A stretch of DNA of 64,000 nucleotides, taken from NCBI GenBank assembly GCA_041615815.1, contig JBFJCP010000006.1, positions 64,001-128,000 on the forward strand, in the 5' to 3' direction. The notes below the pieces were generated by a model that saw only the letters and a list, made by a program, of their open reading frames with translations, did not search any database and was not told the DNA's origin. Made by a program: the position numbers and the translations under genes. Within the stretch, counting starts at the first letter, position 1, and each line of letters starts with the position of its first letter. The stretch comes from Gemmatimonadales bacterium. Its GTDB lineage: Bacteria > Gemmatimonadota > Gemmatimonadetes > Gemmatimonadales > GWC2-71-9. Positions 29,468 through 39,193 of this stretch are shown piece by piece.

Positions 29468-30811
29468 CTATCTCGGAAACGCCACTGGGCTCTCATGTCC
29501 GGCCTGACCGACTGCGGCCACGCCAAAGAAGAAATTATCGATGATCAGCCCCGGAAACGTGAACTCGCGGAGATCTCCCACCCAACGACCGTGATCCCAG
29601 GTGGGTGAATCGGTGGCGCGCCAGTAGACCCGGTATCCAGCCACGTTGGCGGAATCGGCTGGCGGGCCCCAACGGAGCGTTGCCTCGGGCCGCACCGCAC
29701 CCGAGATCCGAACCTCACGCGGGGGTCCTGGTGCCCAGGCGAGGGCTGCTAGGGTGGCGGCATTGAGTGCGGTGAGTTTCGCGGCGTAGTGGAAATCCAC
29801 GCCCTCGATCACATCACCGAAGGCAATACCGTCTTCCACGCGAATATCCTGGTGCTGCCTGTCGTAGTTCTCGTTGGCCTCCATGATCCTCACGGCGGGG
29901 AACCCAACGTCCGCGAATGGCCGATGGTGGCCACCACGCCCAAACCGGTCCAACCGGTAGATCATGATGATGTCGAGATTTGGGATATACCGGTCTGCGA
30001 TGCGATCGACATATCGGGCCACCTGACGCGAGATGCCGTCCACTTCACCACCGGTGAAGCGTCGGCGCCGGCGTTCCTCTTCCGATTCGGTGGGTGGGGT
30101 CCCGTCGGAAAACACCCTGGCGGAAGTGTTGTCGATGATCCCGTTTACGCCCTCGATGTTGCCGATCATATCGTTGTTCAAGACCGCCTCGAGGTGCCAC
30201 CCGCTGTCCACGGCCATTCGGGCCACGGTCCGGCCCCCATAAAGGCCCTGCTCTTCGCCGGACAAGCCCAGGTAGACCACCGACCCATTGAAGCGATATC
30301 GGCTCAAAATCCGGGCAGCCTCGAGCACGCCGGCCATCCCACTCGCATTGTCGTTGGCACCGGGGGAGCTGTCGGCGGCGTTCATCGGGTCGGTGATGCG
30401 GCTGTCGATATCGCCGCTCATGATTACCATGCGGTTTGGATCGCTGGTCCCCCGCTGGACCGCCATGACGTTCACCACGTTGGTGGAGTCCGGGATTCGG
30501 CGCCCGGGAGGAAAGACTTCCGATATATAGCGTACCTCGAGACAGCCACCGCAGGTTTCCGAGATCCGGTCGAATTGGGCCTTGATCCATCGTCGGGCGG
30601 CCCCGATGCCTCTGGTGGCCGAGAGCGTGTCCGAAAGCGTGTGCCGCGTGCCAAACTGGACCAGTGCGCGGATGTCGTGTTCCAGTCGCTCGGGGGACAC
30701 GGCCTCGACGATCTGGTGAATACGTGGGTCCTCTGCCGGGGGTACCCTCTGCTGGGCGGAGAGAGCCGGCACGAGGCCCCAGAGGCCCACACACACGATC
30801 AAACCACGCAT
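29468..30811 (-). CDS. Secreted M28 family metallopeptidase with C-terminal FN3-like domain
   Basis: Signal peptide, FGTRHT.S, PGANDNASG, GEEQG, NNDMIG, GYRVYWR.T. Confidence 0.88.
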   Translation of the reverse strand: MRGLIVCVGLWGLVPALSAQQRVPPAEDPRIHQIVEAVSPERLEHDIRALVQFGTRHTLSDTLSATRGIGAARRWIKAQFDRISETCGGCLEVRYISEVFPPGRRIPDSTNVVNVMAVQRGTSDPNRMVIMSGDIDSRITDPMNAADSSPGANDNASGMAGVLEAARILSRYRFNGSVVYLGLSGEEQGLYGGRTVARMAVDSGWHLEAVLNNDMIGNIEGVNGIIDNTSARVFSDGTPPTESEEERRRRRFTGGEVDGISRQVARYVDRIADRYIPNLDIIMIYRLDRFGRGGHHRPFADVGFPAVRIMEANENYDRQHQDIRVEDGIAFGDVIEGVDFHYAAKLTALNAATLAALAWAPGPPREVRISGAVRPEATLRWGPPADSANVAGYRVYWRATDSPTWDHGRWVGDLREFTFPGLIIDNFFFGVAAVGQAGHESPVAFPR

Positions 30812-30925
30812 GGCACGATTCCCTGGTTGAGTCCGGGGCACGCTACGAACGATCACCGCATTGACGCAAGGGGGAGCGCCCGTAGGTTTGTATCGGAACA
30901 ACTCACTTGCACATGGAGTGGCTCG

Positions 30926-31423
30926 ATGCGACGGTCCCGGTTCATCTTGGTTTTCGCGGCGGTCGGTCTCCTGGCCTGCGAACAGGAGATAACCATGAGG
31001 GAGCGGGCGGTGGAGGTCGAGGCGGTCGAGGCTCGGTTCGCCACGTGGGTGCGGCTCATGAACGGCGGTCCCGGCAAGGTCGACAGCCTCCTGGCCATCT
31101 ACCACAACAGCCCGGGGCTTCGGGTGATGTGGTCGGACGGGAGTCGCGCGGAAGGGTTCGAGCGCCTCGAAACGGCGGTCAAGGAGTTCTACGGCAGCAT
31201 CTCGTACATGAACTTCGTTCCGCAGAACCCTCATTTCGAGGTGATCAATGCCGACGTTGCCGTTTCCACGTTCCGGCACTCCACCGATGTGGTGATGCCT
31301 GGGGGCGCCCGACTGCCGGTGGCTTCCGGCCAGGGCACCTTGGTGTGGCTCAAGGACCATGACGAGGACCTCTGGCAGATCCACGTTCAACAAATGGCGG
31401 TGAATAGCGCATCGATGAACTGA
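30926..31423 (+). CDS. Lipoprotein with NTF2/SnoaL-like (DUF4440) fold
   Basis: Lipobox GLLA-C, D.L..Y, DVAV..F, TLVW....WQIH. Confidence 0.7.
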   Translation: MRRSRFILVFAAVGLLACEQEITMRERAVEVEAVEARFATWVRLMNGGPGKVDSLLAIYHNSPGLRVMWSDGSRAEGFERLETAVKEFYGSISYMNFVPQNPHFEVINADVAVSTFRHSTDVVMPGGARLPVASGQGTLVWLKDHDEDLWQIHVQQMAVNSASMN

Positions 31424-31444
31424 TTCTTCACCGAGCGCACGCTG

Positions 31445-31480
31445 CCGCCAGCCTTTGGCCTTGGTGCCGAAGGCTGGCGG
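31445..31480. repeat. 15-bp stem inverted repeat (terminator or REP-like)
   Basis: CCGCCAGCCTTTGGC / GCCGAAGGCTGGCGG with one G-U pair. Confidence 0.6.
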
Positions 31481-31542
31481 ATCTATTGTGCGATCCAATG
31501 GCACTCCTTATTCTTCCGCAACTCAGTGGCGGAGGGCCGTGC

Positions 31543-32658
31543 ATGTCGGAACAGTTCTTGAGCTCCGACGAATACGCCGAACGCGCACACAATCTGTACA
31601 ATGACGGTTTCTACGACGAGGCCCTGGAAGTGCTCCGGGACGGCCTCGCCGTCTATCCGTTCGCAGTCGAACTGCACGTAGGCGCAGGGTACGCGCAGCT
31701 AGCACGGGAAGAGTATGCGTGGGCGCGGGGATGCTTTGGCGAGGCGCTCGCCCTCGATCCGCAAAACGAGGAGGGCCTCGCTGGGATGGGAGAAGCCCTC
31801 CTCAAACTCGGGAACCGCAAGTCGGCCCTCGAGCACTTCGAGCGCGTCTTGGCGCTGGGATTCCGTGAAGATCACGATCTGATGCTGCAAATCGGGCGAG
31901 CCCTGTTCCGAGAGGCCATGATGGGCCCGGCCCACGCGTTCTTCCAGGTTGCCGCCGAGCATCATCCCGATTCGTCCGAGGCCGCCGCGTGCTTCGGGTA
32001 CGCGGCCCATCGTCTGGGTGAAGAGGAAGCGGCGCTCTATTCGCTCCGTCGTGCCCTGGAGCTGGACGAGGGTCACGCGGAAGCACGGATCTATCTTGGT
32101 AACCTGCTCTACGACCGTGGCGAGTACGAGGCCGCACTGTTCCACTTCGAGCGAACGGAGCCGGCCGACCACGTTGACGAGCTGGCCGTCTGGCGGCTCA
32201 TCGAGCTTCGGAAGTCGATCCCGGACACCCCGGCTGACGCCCCCGCACTCGATTCCTGGCAGGAACGTCTAGCAACGCTGTCCGACGCCAGGGATCCAGA
32301 GGAACGGGTCTTGGCCGAGGTGGAGGCCATTCAACCCGACGGCACGATCCGCGATCCCAAGCAGCTCGAGCTCTTCGGCACGTTGCTCACGCAGCTCAAG
32401 GGCATGCGCCGGAAAGTGTTAACCGAGGTGCATCGGGTGCGGACCGTTTCGGGCGTCACCTACTCAGGAACGTGGGACGAAATCGTCCTGCAGATGAAGA
32501 CCGACGACTACGCGGGCCTGGGTGCTTCCATCAGCCAGTACATGGAGCGCGTCGCCGTCCGGAGCCTCGCACAGACCGGAGTCGTCGTTCCCTGTCACGA
32601 TCCCGAGAGCTTCGTGCGCGGGATCGCCGCCGCCGGGCTCGCCAACATCCTGCGGTGA
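31543..32658 (+). CDS. Tetratricopeptide repeat protein with an uncharacterised C-terminal domain
   Basis: About six TPR-like helix pairs (ALALDP.N, ARIYLGNLLY.RG.Y..A). GGAGG RBS. Confidence 0.8.
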   Translation: MSEQFLSSDEYAERAHNLYNDGFYDEALEVLRDGLAVYPFAVELHVGAGYAQLAREEYAWARGCFGEALALDPQNEEGLAGMGEALLKLGNRKSALEHFERVLALGFREDHDLMLQIGRALFREAMMGPAHAFFQVAAEHHPDSSEAAACFGYAAHRLGEEEAALYSLRRALELDEGHAEARIYLGNLLYDRGEYEAALFHFERTEPADHVDELAVWRLIELRKSIPDTPADAPALDSWQERLATLSDARDPEERVLAEVEAIQPDGTIRDPKQLELFGTLLTQLKGMRRKVLTEVHRVRTVSGVTYSGTWDEIVLQMKTDDYAGLGASISQYMERVAVRSLAQTGVVVPCHDPESFVRGIAAAGLANILR

Positions 32659-32711
32659 GCCCCGCGCGACTCCCCTCCGGGAGCCGCGCGCCCCTCATTA
32701 CCTTTCTCGCC

Positions 32712-35333
32712 ATGCAATGGACGAAGAACGTCGTGCGGCGCGTGTTGCCCAATGGGCTCACGGTATTGGTGCAGCGGGATACCTCGGCGCCGGTGGTGGC
32801 CGTGGTCACCCATGTCAAAGCTGGGTATTTCGACGAGCCGGACGAGTGGGTGGGAATCGCCCACGTTCTCGAGCATATGTACTTCAAGGGCACCCACCGT
32901 CGGGGACCGGGCGAGATCGCTCGAGAGACGCAGCTCGCCGGAGGGTACATCAACGCGGCCACGATCTACGACAAGACCGTTTACTACACGGTGCTCCCCT
33001 CCGCGGACGACGGCCTCGTCAAGGCGCTCGAGGTACAGTCCGATGCGTTGACCAATGCCGCGTTGGATCCCGAGGAGCTGGCGCGCGAACTGATCGTGAT
33101 CGTCGAGGAGGCCAAGCGGAAGCTCGACACCCCGTCAGCCGTGGCATCAGAAACGCTCTTCCAAGTGCTGTTTACCAGGCATCGCATGCGCCGGTGGCGC
33201 ATCGGGACCGAGGACCAGCTCAAGCGGCTCACCGTCGCTGACCTTCGCGCCTACTACCAGAGCCGCTACACCCCCGACCGCGTCGTCGGGGGGATCACGG
33301 GAGACATCGATCCCAACCGCGCCCTGGACCTTGCTGCGCAGGCCTACGGTGGGTGGCATCGAACGGCCGAGCTGATCGAACCTTCCCCAAGCGAACCCCC
33401 CGGCGCGACTGCTCGAGCGAAAGTGCTCCGCGGTGACCTGGAGCGTCCGCTGGCGGTGTTCGGATGGAAAACCGTCGCTGCCTTGCACGAAGATGCGCCG
33501 GCGCTGGATGTCGCCGCTGGTGTCCTGAGTGCCGGACGCGCCTCCCGACTGTTCCGAGAGCTCCGGGCGCCCGGGCTCGCGAGTGGCGCAGGTGCGTACC
33601 ACTACACCCCGACCGAAGTCGGCGTCTTCGCCGTCTCAATCGAGGGTGAGGACGACCGGCTCGACACCGCGGTGCAGCGGGCTACGGATCTGGTGGCCGG
33701 CCTTGGGGACGACGGCCCCGGTGAGGCGGAGTTGGACCGCGTACGCACACTACTCGGCACGCAGTGGTGCCGCCGCTTCGAGACCGCCGATGGCCGCGCG
33801 GCGGTCCTGTGCGAGGCGGAAGCGTTGGGCGACTATCGGTTGGCAGACGAGCTCTATCGGCGAACGCTGGCGGTCTCGGTCGACGACGTGGCCCGCGTGG
33901 CGAGAAAATACCTCGATCCGTCGAACGCCGGGGCCGTGCTGTATCTCCCGACGGGTGTGCCCACCATTTGGGAGAACGGAGGATGGCCACCGAAGGAGAC
34001 GGATGCGGGCAGCCACGCTTCCGCGCCGCGAGAGAGGCGGGGTGACCCGACGGCCGTCCCCCGCCGTGCGGGCTCGCTCACCGACACCGACGAGCCATAT
34101 CCGAGCGGCATCTTCCATCGGCGCTGCGACGGCGCAGATATGGTTGTGCGATCCCGACCTGGCTCCGGGCTTGTGAGTATTGGCCTCCACGTGGGCGGAC
34201 TACGTGCTACCGAAACGGAGGCGTCCGCAGGCCTGAGTTGGCTGCTTGCGCGCGCTGCCCTTCGGGGGGCGGGCGAGATGAGTGCCGAAGACCTGGCGTG
34301 GGCGGCGGAGCGGCTCGGCGGTGGCATCGCGCCTGTCGTGAGCGCGGACGTGATCGGGTGGTGGCTCACCGTCGAGCCACCGGCGGCACGCGCGGCAGCC
34401 GCGCTGCTCCGCCTGGTCGCGCTCGAGCCCCGGTTAGCGTCCGCTGAAGTGGCGGTGGAGCGTGACCTTCAGGCGAGCGACGCTCGAAGTGTGCGAGACG
34501 ACATGTTTCGGTATCCCGTACAGCGTGTCCGAGGTGAGGCATTCCCCGCCGACGCATACGGGCTTCCGGCCCTCGGCGATCCAGACACCGTGCAAGCGCT
34601 GACGGATGTGAACGTGCGTGAGTGGGCAAACGCGCTCGCGGACCGGCGGGCGAGCATCGTCGCGGTCGGGGATCTGGAGCCAAACGAGCTCCTCGACGTG
34701 CTGGAGCCTCTGAGCGACTGGCCCGGTCGGACCGTCATGAGCGATCCCTCGGCTGCCTCGCCAGTGTGGAACGGCGGTCGAGGCGAAGAGGAGCGGCAGA
34801 AGGCGCAGACGGCAGTGGCGATGGCTTTTCCGGCTCCCCCATACCGCTCCCACGACCGTTACGTCATCTCGGTTATGACGGCCCTCCTGAGTGGTCTCGC
34901 CGGTCGACTCTTCGACGAACTGCGCGAGCGCCGGTCGTTGGCATATACCGTGGCCGCGATGCCCTGGCTGGCGGCTCGCGCCGGTGCCATCGCGACGTAT
35001 ATCGCGACTTCCCCGGAGCGGGAAGACGAGGCTCGCAACGCAATGCTCGCGGAGCTACGCCGGTTGGTAGACGAGCCGGTCACCGCGGAGGAACTGGAGC
35101 GTGCTCGGCGGTATGCGGCCGGAAGTGTAGAAGTGCGCCGTCAGGCTGGTCGCGTAGTCGCCGAGGAACTCCTGGCAGGGTGGATCCACGGGACCTTGCA
35201 CGACTTCGCCGACGTCCCTGCGCACCTTCGTGCAGTGACGGTGGAAGACATCCAACGCGTGGCGACCAAAGTATTCGTTGCGGACCAAAGAGCGGAGTAT
35301 GTGGTGCGAGGTGGACGTTCCGAGGGTCGCTGA
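32712..35333 (+). CDS. M16 family zinc peptidase (pitrilysin-like, two fused halves)
   Basis: LPNGL, inverted zinc motif HVLEH, NAAT..D.T.YY, SRLF.ELR and GRLF.ELRE..LAY. Confidence 0.92.
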   Translation: MQWTKNVVRRVLPNGLTVLVQRDTSAPVVAVVTHVKAGYFDEPDEWVGIAHVLEHMYFKGTHRRGPGEIARETQLAGGYINAATIYDKTVYYTVLPSADDGLVKALEVQSDALTNAALDPEELARELIVIVEEAKRKLDTPSAVASETLFQVLFTRHRMRRWRIGTEDQLKRLTVADLRAYYQSRYTPDRVVGGITGDIDPNRALDLAAQAYGGWHRTAELIEPSPSEPPGATARAKVLRGDLERPLAVFGWKTVAALHEDAPALDVAAGVLSAGRASRLFRELRAPGLASGAGAYHYTPTEVGVFAVSIEGEDDRLDTAVQRATDLVAGLGDDGPGEAELDRVRTLLGTQWCRRFETADGRAAVLCEAEALGDYRLADELYRRTLAVSVDDVARVARKYLDPSNAGAVLYLPTGVPTIWENGGWPPKETDAGSHASAPRERRGDPTAVPRRAGSLTDTDEPYPSGIFHRRCDGADMVVRSRPGSGLVSIGLHVGGLRATETEASAGLSWLLARAALRGAGEMSAEDLAWAAERLGGGIAPVVSADVIGWWLTVEPPAARAAAALLRLVALEPRLASAEVAVERDLQASDARSVRDDMFRYPVQRVRGEAFPADAYGLPALGDPDTVQALTDVNVREWANALADRRASIVAVGDLEPNELLDVLEPLSDWPGRTVMSDPSAASPVWNGGRGEEERQKAQTAVAMAFPAPPYRSHDRYVISVMTALLSGLAGRLFDELRERRSLAYTVAAMPWLAARAGAIATYIATSPEREDEARNAMLAELRRLVDEPVTAEELERARRYAAGSVEVRRQAGRVVAEELLAGWIHGTLHDFADVPAHLRAVTVEDIQRVATKVFVADQRAEYVVRGGRSEGR

Positions 35334-35350
35334 GCGTACCCATCGATATG

Positions 35351-35809
35351 CTAGAACATCGACATCGCCAGAAAAGAGCGGAGGTTATCGTTCGTTGTGC
35401 GGAGGCGGCTCGACAACAGCTTGACGACGGCCCAGAGCACTTTGAGGGCGATTTCGCGATTGAAGTCCAAGAGGAGTTCGAAGTCCGGGCGCGAAATCGT
35501 GAAGAGCGTGCAATCTCGGTTCGCGATCGCGTCCGTGGATCGATGACACCGATCGAAGACGGCCATTTCGCCAAAGCACGCCCCGGCCTTCAGCACGGAC
35601 AACGCTTCTTCCCCCGATCCGGGGACCTGGCGGGAGATACGAACCTCGCCCTCCGAAATGATGTAGAGGCGGTTACCGGGTTCGCCCTCTTTGAAGATCG
35701 TCTTCCCGAACTTGAATTTCTGCTCGCGGCAGATTTCCGCGACCTTTTCCAACTCGCTGTCGTCCAAGTCCGCGAAGATCGCGGCCTGCTTGATCAAAGC
35801 AGTGTCCAT
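35351..35809 (-). CDS. Stand-alone cyclic-nucleotide-binding domain protein
   Basis: IFKEGEPG..LYII.EG.V, FGEMA....RS.DA. No HTH. Confidence 0.85.
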   Translation of the reverse strand: MDTALIKQAAIFADLDDSELEKVAEICREQKFKFGKTIFKEGEPGNRLYIISEGEVRISRQVPGSGEEALSVLKAGACFGEMAVFDRCHRSTDAIANRDCTLFTISRPDFELLLDFNREIALKVLWAVVKLLSSRLRTTNDNLRSFLAMSMF

Positions 35810-35832
35810 ATACATCTCCGAACGTGACACCT

Positions 35833-36378
35833 ATGTCCGATATCCAAGCTATCGGGGTCACTAAGAGGCAGCAAGCGAGGCGCTTGGTCTCGCCTCCGGA
35901 CGCGGTCACGGCGTTACGTATCCCATTGGCGGTGGCCTTCGTGCTCACGGACGACACCGTGGCGCGCCTGACCATCGTCTTCATTGCTGCGGTCAGCGAT
36001 TTCGTGGATGGGATTTGGGCACGCCGATTGGGGGGGTCGCGCCTGGGGGTGGTGCTGGATCCCGTCTGTGATAAGCTCTTCATGCTCGCGGCGTTTCTGG
36101 CCGTCTGGCGAAGCGGCGTGTTGGTATGGTATGAGATCGTAGGCGTGCTACTCCGGGACATCGTCGCGGCCCTGGCGTTTTTGGGCACCGTCCTCCGACG
36201 GCATCCCACCACGCTGCCCGCGCGGGCCGGCGGCAAGGCCGTTACCGTGGTACAACTTCTCACGCTCGTCGCCTTCCTGGCCAACTCCAACCTCGTGCGC
36301 CCGCTCGCATGGGCGACCGCCGCGATCTCGCTGTACGCGATCGCCGACTACATGAAAGTAGGTCTGACCCGAGGGTAG
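35833..36378 (+). CDS. CDP-alcohol phosphatidyltransferase family protein
   Basis: PD.VT.LR, SDFVDG..AR....SRLG..LDP.CDK, GK..T..Q. Start uncertain. Confidence 0.88.
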   Translation: MSDIQAIGVTKRQQARRLVSPPDAVTALRIPLAVAFVLTDDTVARLTIVFIAAVSDFVDGIWARRLGGSRLGVVLDPVCDKLFMLAAFLAVWRSGVLVWYEIVGVLLRDIVAALAFLGTVLRRHPTTLPARAGGKAVTVVQLLTLVAFLANSNLVRPLAWATAAISLYAIADYMKVGLTRG

Positions 36379-36417
36379 GGTTCCACTCGTGCCCTCGGCA
36401 CGGGAAAGGACACGTTG

Positions 36418-36834
36418 ATGCCGCAACGCCGTGCAATCCGAATGGAATGGACCGGCGACGAATTGCGATTCGATGGCGCCGGGACGCACCCGCCAACGCC
36501 GGGGATTCGGATCGATGGGGATGGGGAGTGCGGGCCCTCACCCATGCTCACACTGCTCCTCGCGGCAGCCGGTTGCTCCGGCGCCGATGTCGTGTCCATC
36601 TTGCGGAAGATGCGGGTTGGCCTGTCTCGTCTCGTCATCGATGTCGAGGGCACCAGACGGGACAGCGAGCCCCGTCGCTACGTCGCGATCCACTTTCGGT
36701 TCCGACTCTCAGGCGAAGGTCTCGACCCAGCAAAGGCGGACCGCGCTGTTGCCCTATCCCTCGAGAAATACTGCTCGGTCGTGCATTCACTCGCCCCAGA
36801 TATTGCCGTCGACTACGACGTGGAGCTTGCGTAA
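36418..36834 (+). CDS. OsmC/YhfA family protein
   Basis: GPSPM..LL....GCSG.DV..IL.K.R, LS.EKYCSV. Confidence 0.88.
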   Translation: MPQRRAIRMEWTGDELRFDGAGTHPPTPGIRIDGDGECGPSPMLTLLLAAAGCSGADVVSILRKMRVGLSRLVIDVEGTRRDSEPRRYVAIHFRFRLSGEGLDPAKADRAVALSLEKYCSVVHSLAPDIAVDYDVELA

Positions 36835-37285
36835 CCTCGCACTTGTGGTTCTCGGCTTGGTCCTCCAGCCGGGCATCGCGTCTGGACAGACGGTCGCGGA
36901 GTGGCAAGTCCAGGCGGTCGGCACGGTGCTTGCGGCTCGCTTTATCGGCGGTGGGGTAGGGGTTGCTGCGCGCCCCGCCGGTCGGTTGCGGGCAGGTCTC
37001 AGCGTGAGCGTGGGGGGTGAAGAGGGGGAGGTAGCAGGCCGCGGAGAGTTGCTCGTGTCGTTTCACCTCGATCCCCTTCGGCGCCGTGGCGTGTCACCGT
37101 ATTTGGGGGGTGGTGCGGCGGTCGAAATGACGGACGAGCGTGTACGCGAATACGTGCTCGTGGTGCTTGGGGTCGAGTCGAGTCCAGGGGGCCGGATGAG
37201 TTGGTTTTTCGAGAGCGGTGTGGGGGGTGGGGTGCGGATTTCGGCGGGTATCCGGATGCGTGGGCTGCGACGAAGGGGCCGATAG
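36827..37285 (+). CDS. Small secreted beta-rich hypothetical protein (possible outer-membrane barrel)
   Basis: Signal-like N-terminus from TTG 36827, alternating Gly/hydrophobic strands, SPYLGGG. Overlaps the OsmC stop. Confidence 0.5.
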   Translation: MRNLALVVLGLVLQPGIASGQTVAEWQVQAVGTVLAARFIGGGVGVAARPAGRLRAGLSVSVGGEEGEVAGRGELLVSFHLDPLRRRGVSPYLGGGAAVEMTDERVREYVLVVLGVESSPGGRMSWFFESGVGGGVRISAGIRMRGLRRRGR

Positions 37286-37286
37286 C

Positions 37287-37312
37287 AAAAGACCCCCACG
37301 CTCGTGGAGGTC
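37287..37312 (-). terminator. Intrinsic terminator for the small minus-strand gene
   Basis: Minus strand GACCTCCACG-AG-CGTGGGGGTC-TTTT. Confidence 0.6.
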
Positions 37313-37341
37313 ATCGCAAGAAGGATATTACGTGACGTCCT

Positions 37342-37605
37342 TCACTGCGTGGCCCCCACTGTCGATCCATGTTGAATGATCGGCCGACAGTAGCGTTCAC
37401 CGAGGGTGCGCAGCTTGCCAAGCTCTTCCTCGCCAAGTTCCGCGTAGCGCTCAGAGAGGTATTCCATCGTGTCGTCAAACCATTCCTTCTGATGCTCGAT
37501 CTGCGCTTCGAGGACGCCGCACCGGAGAATATGGCTGAAAAGCTCGTCTCGGGCTTTGTCGAAGGCGTTGGGACCATTCAGTTTAGGTGGTCGCTTCTTG
37601 GTCAT
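37342..37605 (-). CDS. Small helical hypothetical protein
   Basis: MTKKRPP..AFDKARDELFSHILRCGVLEA..WFDDTM.YL.ERY..RYC. RBS-like AAGGATGGAG; own terminator. Confidence 0.7.
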   Translation of the reverse strand: MTKKRPPKLNGPNAFDKARDELFSHILRCGVLEAQIEHQKEWFDDTMEYLSERYAELGEEELGKLRTLGERYCRPIIQHGSTVGATQ

Positions 37606-37778
37606 GAACTCCATCCTTTGGTGCGAGAACCGTAGTGCCCCGTGAAAGGTAAAGACCCCCTGGGCTTCTTGCAAACAACGCGCCGAAACGGTCATTCACC
37701 GTTACATTCAGAGCGGGTGACCGCCGAACCGACGGTTACGTGGAGGGTAAGTATGGTACACGAGCGACGGAGTACCCG

Positions 37779-38087
37779 ATGAGCGAGCCGACATACGACA
37801 AGGAACGAGAACGTCGGCTGGTCGAGCTCCTTCGGGCGATGGCGGCCCGCATCGAGGGGCTGGAAAGCGACGACGACCTGCTGGCGGCGGGTCCGGAGCT
37901 GCTGAAAATGATGGGCGACGCCCGTAGTGAATTGTTTCATTACGAGGTGCGCTGCACGTACGATACACCTGAGATTGCCGAGAGCCGCCGAATCGTGGAG
38001 CTGGCGCGGCAGCGGATGGAGCATCTCGATTTCGAGAGTGAGCCGGACTTCGGAGACTCGGAGGACACCCCGTGGCGCGATCCGTAA
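37779..38087 (+). CDS. Small acidic hypothetical protein
   Basis: GGAG RBS, helical sequence with RSELFHYEVR..YDTPE. Stop lies 2 nt before the DsbA start. Confidence 0.65.
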   Translation: MSEPTYDKERERRLVELLRAMAARIEGLESDDDLLAAGPELLKMMGDARSELFHYEVRCTYDTPEIAESRRIVELARQRMEHLDFESEPDFGDSEDTPWRDP

Positions 38088-38089
38088 AC

Positions 38090-38752
38090 ATGAAGCTCTT
38101 TTATGGAGCCCTCGCTGTCATCGGCGCGGTTGGCGTGGCAGCCCTCTGGACCGCTCGAACGCGCGGAGCGGATGACGGACCAACGACCGTGAGCAGCGCG
38201 GCCTTGGCGGCCGTTGGAGATTATGAAGGGTACGTGTTGGGGAGCGAATCCGCCCCGGTGGAGATCGTGGAGTTCGCCGACTTCCAGTGTCCGGCCTGCG
38301 CCAGGTTCACGATCCTGACTGCCTCGGACGTGAAGGCCGGCCTGGTAGAGGGCGGCCTCGCCCGCTGGCGGTTCCACGACTTTCCGCTCCCGATCCATCA
38401 GCATGCGCCGCTCGCCCACCACGCGGCGGCCTGTGCGGGTGAACAGGGTCAGTTCTGGGGAATGCACGATCAGCTCTTCTACAATCAGGGACGGTGGGCC
38501 ACCGAGAGTCGGCCGGGTCGGCGATTTCGCGATTACGCGCAGGCGTTGGGTCTCGACCTCGGGCGTTATGACGACTGTATGGGGTCCGGTCGATACGCGG
38601 CCCGTATCGAGCAAGCCAAACGTGAAGCGATCGAGCTCAACGTCACCTCGACACCAAGCTTCCTCATTGGGAATCAGCTCGTAGCGGGTGCGATTCCCTA
38701 CGACAGCATCAAGGTCCTCGTGGAACGAGCAGCGGCCCGCGCGTCGCAGTGA
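38090..38752 (+). CDS. DsbA family thiol-disulfide oxidoreductase
   Basis: N-terminal TM, GS.SAPV.IVEFADFQCPAC, DFPL..H, V.STPSF. Confidence 0.9.
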   Translation: MKLFYGALAVIGAVGVAALWTARTRGADDGPTTVSSAALAAVGDYEGYVLGSESAPVEIVEFADFQCPACARFTILTASDVKAGLVEGGLARWRFHDFPLPIHQHAPLAHHAAACAGEQGQFWGMHDQLFYNQGRWATESRPGRRFRDYAQALGLDLGRYDDCMGSGRYAARIEQAKREAIELNVTSTPSFLIGNQLVAGAIPYDSIKVLVERAAARASQ

Positions 38753-39189
38753 CCCACCGGATGGTGATCGCCGCGCTCTCCCTCGTGGGGTTCTTCGTGG
38801 CGACTTACCTCTGGCTGTGGAAAATCGGCATGCTGGGCGCGCTCGCCTGCGGCACGGGCGCGTGTGAGACCGTGCAGCTGAGTGAGTACGCCGTGATCTT
38901 CGGACTTCCGGTGGCCCTCTACGGGGTTGGTGGGTACCTCGCATTGCTCGTGGTGAGCCTCGTGGGACTCCAGCCACGGTGGGCCGGACGGCACGGCCCG
39001 ACGGACCTATTGATGGCCCTCTCCGCCATCGGTGTCTTGTTCACGGCGTACCTCACGTACCTCGAGGCGGCTGTGATCAACGCATGGTGCCGCTGGTGTC
39101 TCGTTTCGGCAGCCATCATCACGGCGATCTTCGTGACCGCTCTCCTTGGCTGGAGAGCGGACCGTCGGTCGAGTGCTCCGGCGTCTTGA
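38749..39189 (+). CDS. Vitamin K epoxide reductase (VKOR) family protein
   Basis: C...ACETV..S.YA, G.PVA..G, YL.YLE..VI.AWCRWC. GTGA overlap with DsbA. Confidence 0.9.
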   Translation: MTHRMVIAALSLVGFFVATYLWLWKIGMLGALACGTGACETVQLSEYAVIFGLPVALYGVGGYLALLVVSLVGLQPRWAGRHGPTDLLMALSAIGVLFTAYLTYLEAAVINAWCRWCLVSAAIITAIFVTALLGWRADRRSSAPAS

Positions 39190-39193
39190 CGAT

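Noticed and set aside
29789..31504. Long ORFs 29468-31504(-) and 29789-31423(+) suggesting overlapping antisense genes
   Set aside because: Each is a real gene plus a stop-free antisense extension over its neighbour. Signal peptides mark the true starts at 30811 and 30926.
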